A DNA stretch of 62,810 nucleotides, counting the filler, from Thermodesulfobacteriota bacterium (lineage in GTDB: Bacteria; DASVDK01): the NCBI GenBank assembly GCA_036381125.1. It is 4 parts of 4 records of this genome, joined end to end, with 100 filler letters (N's around TTAATTAATTAA, not from the genome) between each part and the next. Parts side by side here need not be neighbours in the genome. Positions count along the whole stretch, not along the records: positions 5,848 to 20,892 come from DASVDK010000118.1; positions 20,993 to 48,800 come from DASVDK010000120.1; 2 more parts are not named here. One strand, written 5' to 3'. The notes under the pieces were generated by a model, which had not been told where the DNA came from, made no database searches, and saw only the letters and a list, made by a program, of their open reading frames with translations. Positions 17,647-25,976 of the stretch are shown here, piece by piece. Numbering within the stretch: the first letter of the stretch is position 1; every line of letters begins with the position of its first letter. Both the position numbers and the translations under genes were made by a program.

Positions 17647-18592
17647 GCGCATTGCCCTGCTCGCCGCGGTGCTCGTCGGCTCGCTCGCCGCGACTGCTCG
17701 GGCCGACGACTTCCCGAGCCGAGCGATCACCCTGATCATTCCGACATCGCCGGGCGGCTCGGCCTCGGTGTCGGGGCAGATCATCGCCGAGGCGCTCAAG
17801 CGGGAACTCAAGCAGTCCGTCCTGATCGTGTACAAGCCGGGCGCCGCGCAGGCCCTCGGGACCGAGCAGGTCCTCAAGTCCCGCCCGGACGGCTACACGC
17901 TCGGCTGGACCTTCGAGCCGGACCTCGCCTCCAAGATGGTGGCCGACGGCAAGAGCCTCTCGTTCGGGAAGGGCGACCTGGTGCACCTCGGCGCCGCCGG
18001 CTTCGCGCCCTACTTCCTCTGGGTGAAGGCCGACGCGCCGTGGAAGACGCTCGACGAGCTGGTGGCCGCCGGGAAGCAGAAGGGCATCTCCTACAGCTCG
18101 TCCGGCGTCGCGACGATGGGCCACGTCTACGCGGAGATGTTCGTGCGCCGGGCGGGGATCAAGGCGACGCACGTCCCGTACCAGGGGGGAGGGCCGGCGA
18201 CGACCGCGCTGCTCGGCGGGCACGTCGACATGTCCGTCGGCTCGTACGGCCGCATGAAGCAGTACATGGACTCGAACCTCGTCCGGCCGCTCGCGATCCT
18301 CGTGGACGAGCGGCTGCCCGACCTCGCGGAGGTGCCGACGCTCGAGGAGCGGGGCCTCGACCTTCCCATCCAGGGCCAGATCTACCACCACCTCTTCGGG
18401 CCGAAGGGGATGCCGCCCGCGGTCGTCGAGACGATCACCAGCGCCTTCGAGCGGGCGGTTCGCGACCCGGCGACGCAGCAGGCGCTCGTGAAGGCCGGGT
18501 TCGACGGGCGGTGGCTGTCCGCGAAGGCCACGGAGGAGGCCTGGCTCAAGGACTTCGCCATCGTCGAGGAGGCGCTGTCGCAGATCAAGTAG
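17639..18592 (+). CDS. tctC: TctC/Bug family substrate-binding protein
   Basis: Signal peptide; FPSRAITLIIP.SPGG, KPGA, PDGYTL, HVPYQGGGPA..ALLGGHVD, VPTLEE. Confidence 0.92.
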   Translation: MRRRIALLAAVLVGSLAATARADDFPSRAITLIIPTSPGGSASVSGQIIAEALKRELKQSVLIVYKPGAAQALGTEQVLKSRPDGYTLGWTFEPDLASKMVADGKSLSFGKGDLVHLGAAGFAPYFLWVKADAPWKTLDELVAAGKQKGISYSSSGVATMGHVYAEMFVRRAGIKATHVPYQGGGPATTALLGGHVDMSVGSYGRMKQYMDSNLVRPLAILVDERLPDLAEVPTLEERGLDLPIQGQIYHHLFGPKGMPPAVVETITSAFERAVRDPATQQALVKAGFDGRWLSAKATEEAWLKDFAIVEEALSQIK

Positions 18593-18704
18593 GATCGGGG
18601 CTCCGGCGCGCCCCGCGCGCGCCGGAAGCCGCCCCCGGCGCGGGCCGCCTCGGAGGCGCTACCGGGAGGTCGGGTCGATGGTCCGCGGGCCGGGGAAGCG
18701 CCGG

Positions 18705-18836
18705 AAGTCCGCACCCACGCGATCCGGACGGGCGCCGGTCCCGAGAAGGCGGCCTCGAGCCAGGTCCGGCATCGATCGTGATGCGGCGACCGGAGATCGG
18801 AGGCGTGGAGGAGCACGTTGGCGTCGACAGCGTCAT
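18705..18836 (-). pseudogene. VapC (PIN) toxin remnant, frameshifted and truncated
   Basis: ATG 18836 is one base out of frame with VDANVLLHASDLRSPHHDRCRTWLEAAFSGPAPVRIAW (PIN N-terminus); similarity ends after about 45 codons. Confidence 0.7.
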
Positions 18837-19036
18837 CGCCGCAACGGCCCCTCGATCTGGTCGAGCAGCTCCTCGACGTTGTCGTAGCTCGGACCGGGCC
18901 GCAGCCCGCCGAGGTCACGGGTGCGGACCTCGAATCGGGCGGCCGGCGCCTCGCACCGGGAGGCGAGCCCGAGCCGCAACGCCTCGGCCTTCAGCTTCGC
19001 GGCGACGTCCGGGTCCAGGGTGAGCGTCGTTCGCAC
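18833..19036 (-). pseudogene. VapB-like (RHH) antitoxin, internally shortened
   Basis: GTG 19036: MRTTLTLDPDVAAKLKAEALRLGL...SYDNVEELLDQIEG; stop overlaps vapC ATG; central RHH helix appears missing. Confidence 0.6.
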
Positions 19037-19059
19037 ATCGTGCTGCTTTGTCCGATGCA

Positions 19060-19710
19060 TCACGAAGTCAAGTCGGCCGGGGCGCCGCGCGCCGCCGCCC
19101 GGAGCGCGGCGGTCCTCCGCTTCGCCGCGCGCCGCCAGACGCGGTAGCCGAGGAGCGCCGCCAGGGCGGCGGCGAAGAGGGCCGGCTCGCGCGTGTCGGC
19201 CTTGACGAGGAGGAAGTAATGGACCACGCCGAGGACGGCGGCGGGGTAGACGAGGTAGTGGAGCCGCTGCCAGCGCTTGCCGCCGAGGCGGCGCACCCAG
19301 CCGTCGGTCGAGGTGACCGCGAGCGGCACGAGCATGAGGAACGCCGTCATGCCGACGGTGATGTAGGGGCGCTTGACGATGTCGGCCCCGATGGCGCCCC
19401 AGTCGAAGAAGTGGTCGACGGCCACGTAGTTCGTCACGTGGAGCGCGACGTAGCCGAACGCCACGAGCCCGAGCATGCGGCGCAGCCGGATCGCCCGGTT
19501 CCACCGGGTGAGCTGGCGCAGCGGCGTGACGGCGAGGCTCGCCAGGAGGAGCGCGAGTCCCCACCAGCCGAGGAGCCGCGTGGCCGCCTCTATGGGGTTG
19601 GCCCCGAGCCGGTCGGTGAAGAACCAGTAGACGCCGTGGGCAAGCGGCAGGAGCGCCAGCCCGAAGACGATCGGCCTGACGACCCACCTGAACCGAAGCT
19701 CGGCGGACAC
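19060..19710 (-). CDS. msrQ: Methionine sulfoxide reductase heme subunit
   Basis: LGANPIE, LAVTPLR, RRMLGL..FGY..LH, KRPYITVG, PLAVTST, WQRLHYLVY. Confidence 0.95.
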   Translation of the reverse strand: MSAELRFRWVVRPIVFGLALLPLAHGVYWFFTDRLGANPIEAATRLLGWWGLALLLASLAVTPLRQLTRWNRAIRLRRMLGLVAFGYVALHVTNYVAVDHFFDWGAIGADIVKRPYITVGMTAFLMLVPLAVTSTDGWVRRLGGKRWQRLHYLVYPAAVLGVVHYFLLVKADTREPALFAAALAALLGYRVWRRAAKRRTAALRAAARGAPADLTS

Positions 19711-19712
19711 CG

Positions 19713-20675
19713 CTAGTAGTACGTCCTGAGGTCCATGCCGGCGTAGAGGCTCGCGACCTGCTCGGCGTACCCGTTGAAGGGGAGCGTGTCGCGCCGCCGG
19801 AACTCGCCGATGCGCCGCTCCGTCTTCTGGCTCCAGCGGGGGTGGTCCACCTCCGGGTTCACGTTCGAGTAGAAGCCGTACTCCGAGGGCTGGGCGGCGT
19901 TCCACGCCGTGGGCGGCATCCGCTCGACGAGCCGGATCCTCACGATCGACTTGATGCTCTTGAAGCCGTACTTCCACGGGACGACGAGCCGGATCGGCGC
20001 GCCGTTCTGGTTCGGCAGCTCCTTCCCGTAGAGGCCGACGGCGAGGATCGTGAGCGGGTGCATGGCCTCGTCGATCCGAAGCCCCTCGCGGTACGGCCAG
20101 TCGAGGATCCGCCGGCGCTGCCCCGGCATCTGCTCCGGGTCGTGGAGCGTCTCGAACGCGACGAACTTCGCGCGCGAGGTCGGCTCGAACCGCTCGAGCG
20201 CCTTGCCGAGCGGGAAGCCGATCCAGGGGACGACCATCGACCAGGCCTCGACGCAGCGCAGGCGGTAGATCCGCTCCTCGAGGGGGTGCGGCTTGACGAA
20301 GTCCTCGTAGGCGACGACGCCGGGCTTCGCCACCTCGCCCTCCACGGCGATCGACCAGGGCCTGACCCGGAGCGACCCCGCGTACCGCTTCGGATCCTCC
20401 TTGTCGGTGCCGAACTCGTAGAAGTTGTTGTACGAGCTGATCGCGTCGAACGAGGTCAGCGGCTCGTCGGTGGAGAGCGGGCTCCTGGTGAAGGCGAGCG
20501 TCCGGAGGGGGCGCGCCGGCTCGGCCGCGGTGGCGCCGCTCCCGTCGCGCGAGCAGCCGACGGCCGCCGCGGCGAACGCGAAGAGGCCGGTCTTGATGAA
20601 GCGGCGCCGCGCCGCGTAGACGCCCTCGGGCGTGATCTCGGACGAGGGGCTATCCGGCGGTCGCCTGATCAGCAT
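19713..20675 (-). CDS. msrP: Methionine sulfoxide reductase molybdo-catalytic subunit
   Basis: SEITPE..Y..RRRFIK Tat signal, [60 protein letters not shown] before ATG 20675. Confidence 0.96.
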   Translation of the reverse strand: MLIRRPPDSPSSEITPEGVYAARRRFIKTGLFAFAAAAVGCSRDGSGATAAEPARPLRTLAFTRSPLSTDEPLTSFDAISSYNNFYEFGTDKEDPKRYAGSLRVRPWSIAVEGEVAKPGVVAYEDFVKPHPLEERIYRLRCVEAWSMVVPWIGFPLGKALERFEPTSRAKFVAFETLHDPEQMPGQRRRILDWPYREGLRIDEAMHPLTILAVGLYGKELPNQNGAPIRLVVPWKYGFKSIKSIVRIRLVERMPPTAWNAAQPSEYGFYSNVNPEVDHPRWSQKTERRIGEFRRRDTLPFNGYAEQVASLYAGMDLRTYY

Positions 20676-20892
20676 GTGGCCTCCACTCACGGTCCCGGGA
20701 CCGATGCTCTGTGTCCCCTCGATACTACCAACCGCGGCCGCGATGCAAGCGCGAGACGGAGCGCGCCGTAACGCGGATCACCGCTCGGCCTGCTCGCCGG
20801 GAAGGCGCGCCTCCCCGCCACCCGCGCCGCCGGCCGGGCGGCGATCGGCAAAGGTCAGATGGCCCAAACCAGGTTCTGAGATAGACGAGCGC

Positions 20893-20992
20893 NNNNNNNN
20901 NNNNNNNNNNNNNNNNNNNNNNNNNNNNNNNNNNNNTTAATTAATTAANNNNNNNNNNNNNNNNNNNNNNNNNNNNNNNNNNNNNNNNNNNN
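20893..20992. other. Artificial contig-joining spacer
   Basis: N44-TTAATTAATTAA-N44. Confidence 0.98.
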
Positions 20993-21372
20993 CGCTCTGC
21001 GCCGCCGATCGGCGGCGCGACGATCGGCCCTCGCGCTTCCGCGGCTTCGAGGCGATCGAGTCCCTGACCTATCGCAGCACGACCAACGTGGACACCGTCT
21101 GCCACTGGTGCCCGTGCAACTGCAAGCGGACCTTCATCGACGTCCGGCTCGCGGAGGGCAAGGGGCGGCCCTGGAGCAAGCTGCCGCTGGCGGAAGGCTG
21201 GGAGCGCGTCATCAGCGGCAACTCCTGCCCCAAGGGGCTCGTCGAGGACGTGAACGAGATGCGGGTGGTGAAGGGCAAGCTCGAGGAGGTCAAGCGTGCC
21301 TATCCGAACCTGGCCGAGGTGGTTCGCAAGGAGGGCTTCCGCCGACCGACCGGCCCCGTCCAGTCGGGCTAG
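20993..21372 (+). CDS. C-terminal part of a CoA-substrate-specific enzyme activase (BadF/BadG/BcrA-type), truncated at contig start
   Basis: FRGFEAIESLTY...CHWCPCNCKRTFIDV...ISGNSCPKG...PNL Cys-rich linker typical of this family. Confidence 0.65.
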
Positions 21373-22525
21373 TCTCCGGGTCGGGATCCCGAAGGTCCTC
21401 AACGTCTGGTCGACCCACCAGTTCTGGGTCGGCTTCCTCACGGCGCTCGGGATCGCCCCGGGCGCCATCGTCTTCTCCTCGGACACCTCCGAGGAGCAGG
21501 GCCGGCAGTTCGGCAAGGGCCGCGGCACCGTCGACTGCTGCTACCCGGTCAAGTGCGTCTCGGGCCACTACGGGGAGCTCCTCTTCGGGCAGCGGAAGAA
21601 GATCGACATCCTGCTGTCGCCCATGATCTACTCCCTTCCCTCGTTCCTCGGCCCGCACGTGGTCCAGACCCTCTCCTGCCCCAGGGTCATGGCCGCGCCC
21701 GAGAACATCAAGGCCGGCTTCACCAAGGAGCGCGACCTCTTCGCCGAGCTAGGCGTCCGGCACGTGGCGCCGCTCGTCTCCCTGGGGGAGCCCGCGCTCG
21801 TCCCGAAGGAGCTCTACGGCGCGTTCCAGGACGTGCTGCCCGGCCTGACGCTCGAGGAGACGACGCGGGCGGTCGAGGCGGGCTACCGGACCCTCGAGGC
21901 GTTCAACGACCGGCTCCGCAGGACGGCGCGAGAGGTCCTCGAGTGGTGCGCGCGCGAGGAGCGTCCGTGCCTCCTGATCCTGGCCCGGCCCTATCACATG
22001 GACCCCGGCATCGGGCACGAGATCGAGGTGGACCTGCAGGCCTTCGGCTACCCGGTCCTCTGGGCGCAGTACCTGCCGATCGACGCCGACCTCGTGCAGT
22101 GGGCCTTCGGCCCGGACGTCGCCGCGGGCGACGTCCGGTCGCCCTTCAGCATCGCCGACGTGTGGCCCTCTTCCTACAGCTCCAACACGAACGAGATCCT
22201 CTGGGGGGCGAAGGTCGCCGCACGCATCCCCTGGATCGCCTGCGTGATCCGGCTCGCGAGCTACGAGTGCGGCATGGACCAGCCGACCTACACGCCGGTC
22301 CAGCAGATCGTCGAGCGCTCCGGCACCCTCTTCTTCTCCTTCCAGGAACTCGACTCGACCAAGCCGGCCGGCTCGGTGAAGATCCGGGTGGAGACGATCG
22401 CCCACTACCTCGAGCGGTACGGGCGCGAGATCATCGAGAAGAAGAAGGCCGTGATGCCGGCCGGGTGTCCGCTGCTCCCGGCCGGGACCGGCGCGGCGGC
22501 GAGCCCCGTCGCCGCCCGGGCGTGA
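21296..22525 (+). CDS. Acyl-CoA dehydratase activase-related protein (DUF2229 / 2-hydroxyacyl-CoA dehydratase-like)
   Basis: RVGIPKVLN, DCCYPVK, SCPRV, LARPYHMDPGIGHEI, SYECGMD, DSTKPAGSVKIRVETI; start uncertain. Confidence 0.75.
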   Translation: MPIRTWPRWFARRASADRPAPSSRASLRVGIPKVLNVWSTHQFWVGFLTALGIAPGAIVFSSDTSEEQGRQFGKGRGTVDCCYPVKCVSGHYGELLFGQRKKIDILLSPMIYSLPSFLGPHVVQTLSCPRVMAAPENIKAGFTKERDLFAELGVRHVAPLVSLGEPALVPKELYGAFQDVLPGLTLEETTRAVEAGYRTLEAFNDRLRRTAREVLEWCAREERPCLLILARPYHMDPGIGHEIEVDLQAFGYPVLWAQYLPIDADLVQWAFGPDVAAGDVRSPFSIADVWPSSYSSNTNEILWGAKVAARIPWIACVIRLASYECGMDQPTYTPVQQIVERSGTLFFSFQELDSTKPAGSVKIRVETIAHYLERYGREIIEKKKAVMPAGCPLLPAGTGAAASPVAARA

Positions 22526-22597
22526 GCCGCGGGGTCGGGCCTCGACGTCGTCCGGGCCGAGACGGCGCAAAGGCCCGACCCCGCATCCGGAGGCGGC

Positions 22598-22753
22598 CTA
22601 CGAGCGGATGGCGTACCGCTGCGGGTCCTCCTCGAACCTCCGCTTGCAGTCCTCGGAGCAGAAGACGTAGGTCCTGCCCTGGTAGGTGCTCTCGATCTGC
22701 GCCGACCCGTCGTCGACCTGCACGCCGCAGACCGGGTCCCTGAACATTGCCAT
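22598..22753 (-). CDS. YHS-domain small protein
   Basis: MFRDPVCGVQVD...YQGRTYVFCSEDCKRRFEEDPQRY; AAAGGAG RBS. Confidence 0.85.
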   Translation of the reverse strand: MAMFRDPVCGVQVDDGSAQIESTYQGRTYVFCSEDCKRRFEEDPQRYAIRS

Positions 22754-22883
22754 GCTCGGTCTCCTTTCGCCTGCACGGGTACGGAGGCCCGCAGGCGCCG
22801 CAAGGGCCGGGCCCGTCCGGCGTCGAGGCTTGCCGCAGGACGGATGTCGGTAAGATGCGAGCATCGGCCGCACGGGAGGGAGC

Positions 22884-24011
22884 ATGCTCACGCTACTGCG
22901 CGTCAAGGAGGTGCACACACCGGATCCGTCGGGGCACCGCGAGGTCTTCGTCGCCAACGGCCGCATCGTCGCCCTGGGGGACGACCTGCCGGTGCCGCCC
23001 GGCCTGCCGGTCGAGGTCGTCGAGCTGGCAGGCGGCATCGCCGTCCCCGGCTTCATCGATCAGCACGTGCACGTCACCGGCGGCGGCGGCGAGGGCGGCT
23101 TCTCGACCCGCTGCCCGGCGCTCACGGCGAAGGAGATCGTCGCGGTCGGCATCACCACCGTCGTCGGCGTGCTCGGCACCGACAGCGTCAGCCGCTCCCC
23201 CGCCGACCTCCTCGCCAGGACGCGCGGCCTCAGGGAAGAGGGGATCAGCGCCTACATGTACACCGGCGCCTACCGGATCCCCCCGCCGACCCTGACGGGC
23301 GACGTGCAGCGGGACCTCGCCTGGATCCCGGAGGTCATCGGGGTCGGGGAGATCGCCATCTCCGACCACCGCTCGGCGCAGCCGACCGACGCCGAGATCG
23401 CGCGCCTCGTGAGCGAGGCCCGCATCGGCGGCATGCTGGCCCGCAAGCGCGGCATCTGCCACTTCCACGTCGGGTCCGGCAGGAGGGGTCTCGCGCCGCT
23501 CCGGACGCTCCTCCGCGAGACGGAGATCCCGCCCGACCAGGTCATCCCGACGCACGTCAACCGCCACCGCCGGCTCCTCGAGGAGGCGGCCGCCTACGCG
23601 CTCGAGTTCGGCGCCTCGGTCGACGTCACGGCGTTCGACTTTCCGGATCGCAACGCCGTCGGCGCCGTCGACGCGGTCCACTACCTCGTCGACGCGGGCG
23701 TTCCGGTTGCCCGGATCACCATGAGCTCGGACTGCAACGGCAGCCTCCCCGAGTTCGACGACGCGGGCAGGCTCGTCGGCATGCGGATGGCGACGAACCG
23801 GGCGCTGCTCGCCGACTGGCAGGGCCTCGTGCGGGCGGGGCGCCTCGGCTTCGCCGACGCGCTCTCGTTGATCACGCGCAACGTGGCGCAGGTCCTGGGT
23901 CTCGCCGAGACGAAGGGCCGGCTCGCCCCCGGGTGGGACGGCGACATCACCGTGCTCGGCCCCGACCTCGCGCCGGCGGCGGTGTTCGTCGGCGGACGGC
24001 GGCTCCTCTAG
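22884..24011 (+). CDS. iadA: Beta-aspartyl (isoaspartyl) dipeptidase
   Basis: PGFIDQHVHVTGGGGEGGF.TR, GITTVVGVLGTD, GEIAISDHRS, PTHVNR, TMSSD.NGSLPEFD. Confidence 0.93.
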   Translation: MLTLLRVKEVHTPDPSGHREVFVANGRIVALGDDLPVPPGLPVEVVELAGGIAVPGFIDQHVHVTGGGGEGGFSTRCPALTAKEIVAVGITTVVGVLGTDSVSRSPADLLARTRGLREEGISAYMYTGAYRIPPPTLTGDVQRDLAWIPEVIGVGEIAISDHRSAQPTDAEIARLVSEARIGGMLARKRGICHFHVGSGRRGLAPLRTLLRETEIPPDQVIPTHVNRHRRLLEEAAAYALEFGASVDVTAFDFPDRNAVGAVDAVHYLVDAGVPVARITMSSDCNGSLPEFDDAGRLVGMRMATNRALLADWQGLVRAGRLGFADALSLITRNVAQVLGLAETKGRLAPGWDGDITVLGPDLAPAAVFVGGRRLL

Positions 24012-24051
24012 AGCGGCTCCCCACGGGGGGCGAGGCGCGCGGGACGGCCGG

Positions 24052-24921
24052 TCAGCGCGCCTTCAGGCGCGGGTCGAGCTCGTCACGCAGCCAGTCGGCG
24101 ATCACGTTGAGGCTGAACACGATCCCCATCAGGACGCCGGCCGGGAAGACGATGAGCCACCACATGCCGGCGTAGACGAAGTCCTTGCCCTGGGCGATCA
24201 TCATGCCGAGGGACGGTTGCGTGATCGGCACGCCGACGCCGAGGAAGCTCAGCGTCGCCTCGAGCGTGACGGCCACGCCGAAGTCGACGGCGGCGATGAC
24301 GAGGAGCGGCGCCACGGCGTTCGGGAGGATGTGCCGCAGGATCAGGCGCGGCGCGCCGGATCCCGCCGCCCGCGCCGCGGTGACGTAGTCCTCCTCCTTG
24401 ACCGCGAGCACCCGGCCCCGCATCGTCCGCGCGTACTGGACCCATCCCGCCACGACGATCGCCAGGATGACCAGCAGGAGGCTGTTGTACCTGAAGATCC
24501 CGAGCAGCAGCATGGCGATGAGCGTGGTCGAGAAGGAGAGGAGCGAATCGGCCAGGCGCATGGTGACGCTGTCGAGCCAGCCGCCGTAGAAGCCGGCGAG
24601 GAGCCCGACGGCGCCGCCGACGACCCCGGCGATCAGGACCACGCTCGTCCCCACGAGGAACGAGACGCGGCTGCCGTAGAGGATCGTGCTCAGGATGTCC
24701 CGCCCCTGGACGTCGGTGCCGAGCAGAAAGGGCGTCTTGCCGCCCTCCATCCAGACGGGAGGGAGCAGCGAGTCGCCGAGGCTGAGCGACATCAGGCGAT
24801 ACGGGTCCTGCGGCGCGACGAGCGGCGCGAAGACGGCGCCGAGCACCATGATCAGCAGGAAGCCCACGGCCGCGACCACGAGCGGCCGGCCGAGGACGCG
24901 CCTGACGATGGGGTCAGCCAT
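24052..24921 (-). CDS. Peptide/nickel ABC permease (DppC-like)
   Basis: LGTDVQGRD, YGSRVSF, EDYVTAARAAG, RHILPN, EATLSFLG. Confidence 0.92.
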   Translation of the reverse strand: MADPIVRRVLGRPLVVAAVGFLLIMVLGAVFAPLVAPQDPYRLMSLSLGDSLLPPVWMEGGKTPFLLGTDVQGRDILSTILYGSRVSFLVGTSVVLIAGVVGGAVGLLAGFYGGWLDSVTMRLADSLLSFSTTLIAMLLLGIFRYNSLLLVILAIVVAGWVQYARTMRGRVLAVKEEDYVTAARAAGSGAPRLILRHILPNAVAPLLVIAAVDFGVAVTLEATLSFLGVGVPITQPSLGMMIAQGKDFVYAGMWWLIVFPAGVLMGIVFSLNVIADWLRDELDPRLKAR

Positions 24922-25885
24922 AGCGGATCCTCGGGTCGAGGAGCGCGTAGGCGACGTCCACGAGCAGGTTGAGCCCCACGATGATCAGGGCGACGGTCAT
25001 GATGTAGGCGGCGACGACCGGGAAGTCGCTCTCGAAGATCGACGCGAGGAGCAGGCTCCCCGCGCCGGGCCACTGGAAGATGCTCTCGGTGACGATCGAG
25101 AACCCGATGAGCTGGCCGAGCTGCAGCCCGATGATCGTGACCACCGGGATGAACACGTTGCGCAGCACGTGCCTGAAGAGGACGACCGGCGGCTTCACGC
25201 CCTTCGCCCGGGCGGTGCGGACGTAGTCGGCCTGGAGCGCCTCGATCACGCCCCCCCGTGTGAGCCTGAAGAGGACGGCGAGCTGGAACATGCCGAGCGT
25301 GAACGCCGGCAGGACGAGATGCGAGAGGCCGCTCGCGGTGAGGAGGCCGGTCCGCCAGGCGCCTCCGAGGATCGGCACGGTCTCCCCGCGGCCGAACGGC
25401 GGCAGCCATCCCAACCAGACGACGAAGACCAGGATCAGGCCGATCCCGACGATGAACGTCGGCAGCGAGATGCCGACCAGCGATCCGGTCTGGGTGATCC
25501 TGCTGAACCACGACCGCGGGTAGGCCGCCGAGAGCGCGCCGAGCACGACCCCGAACGCCACCGCGATCAGCTCGGCCGCGAAGGCCAGCTCGATGCTGGC
25601 CGGCAGGCGCTCGAGGATGAGGCCGAGCACCGGCACGCGGGCGACGTAGGACAGCCCGAGGTTGCCCCGCAGGGCGTTGCCGATGAAGCGCGCGTACTGG
25701 ACGTAGAACGGCCGGTCGAGGCCGAGCACCCGGCGAAGCTCCTCCCGCTCCGCCTGGGTCGCGTACTGGCCGGCCATCGTGGCGACCGGGTCGCCGAGGT
25801 ACTGGAAGATCGCGAAGCTGATGAACGACACGATGCCGAGGACCACGAGGCCCTGCAGCAGCCGCTTCGTCACGTATCCGCTCAT
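24914..25885 (-). CDS. Peptide/nickel ABC permease (DppB-like)
   Basis: LGLDRP..VQY, LERLPASIEL, DYVRTARAKG, ESIFQWPG, LLDPRIR. Confidence 0.93.
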   Translation of the reverse strand: MSGYVTKRLLQGLVVLGIVSFISFAIFQYLGDPVATMAGQYATQAEREELRRVLGLDRPFYVQYARFIGNALRGNLGLSYVARVPVLGLILERLPASIELAFAAELIAVAFGVVLGALSAAYPRSWFSRITQTGSLVGISLPTFIVGIGLILVFVVWLGWLPPFGRGETVPILGGAWRTGLLTASGLSHLVLPAFTLGMFQLAVLFRLTRGGVIEALQADYVRTARAKGVKPPVVLFRHVLRNVFIPVVTIIGLQLGQLIGFSIVTESIFQWPGAGSLLLASIFESDFPVVAAYIMTVALIIVGLNLLVDVAYALLDPRIRYG

Positions 25886-25927
25886 CTCGAAGACCTGTCG
25901 GGCGTCGCGGACTCGAACGGTACGCGG

Positions 25928-25963
25928 GCGGGCCGGACGCGGGGCGCCCCGCGTCCGGCCCGC
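25928..25963. repeat. Perfect 36-bp palindrome between SBP and permease genes (intercistronic stem-loop)
   Basis: GCGGGCCGGACGCGGGGC|GCCCCGCGTCCGGCCCGC. Confidence 0.8.
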
Positions 25964-25976
25964 GCGGAGGGACCGG

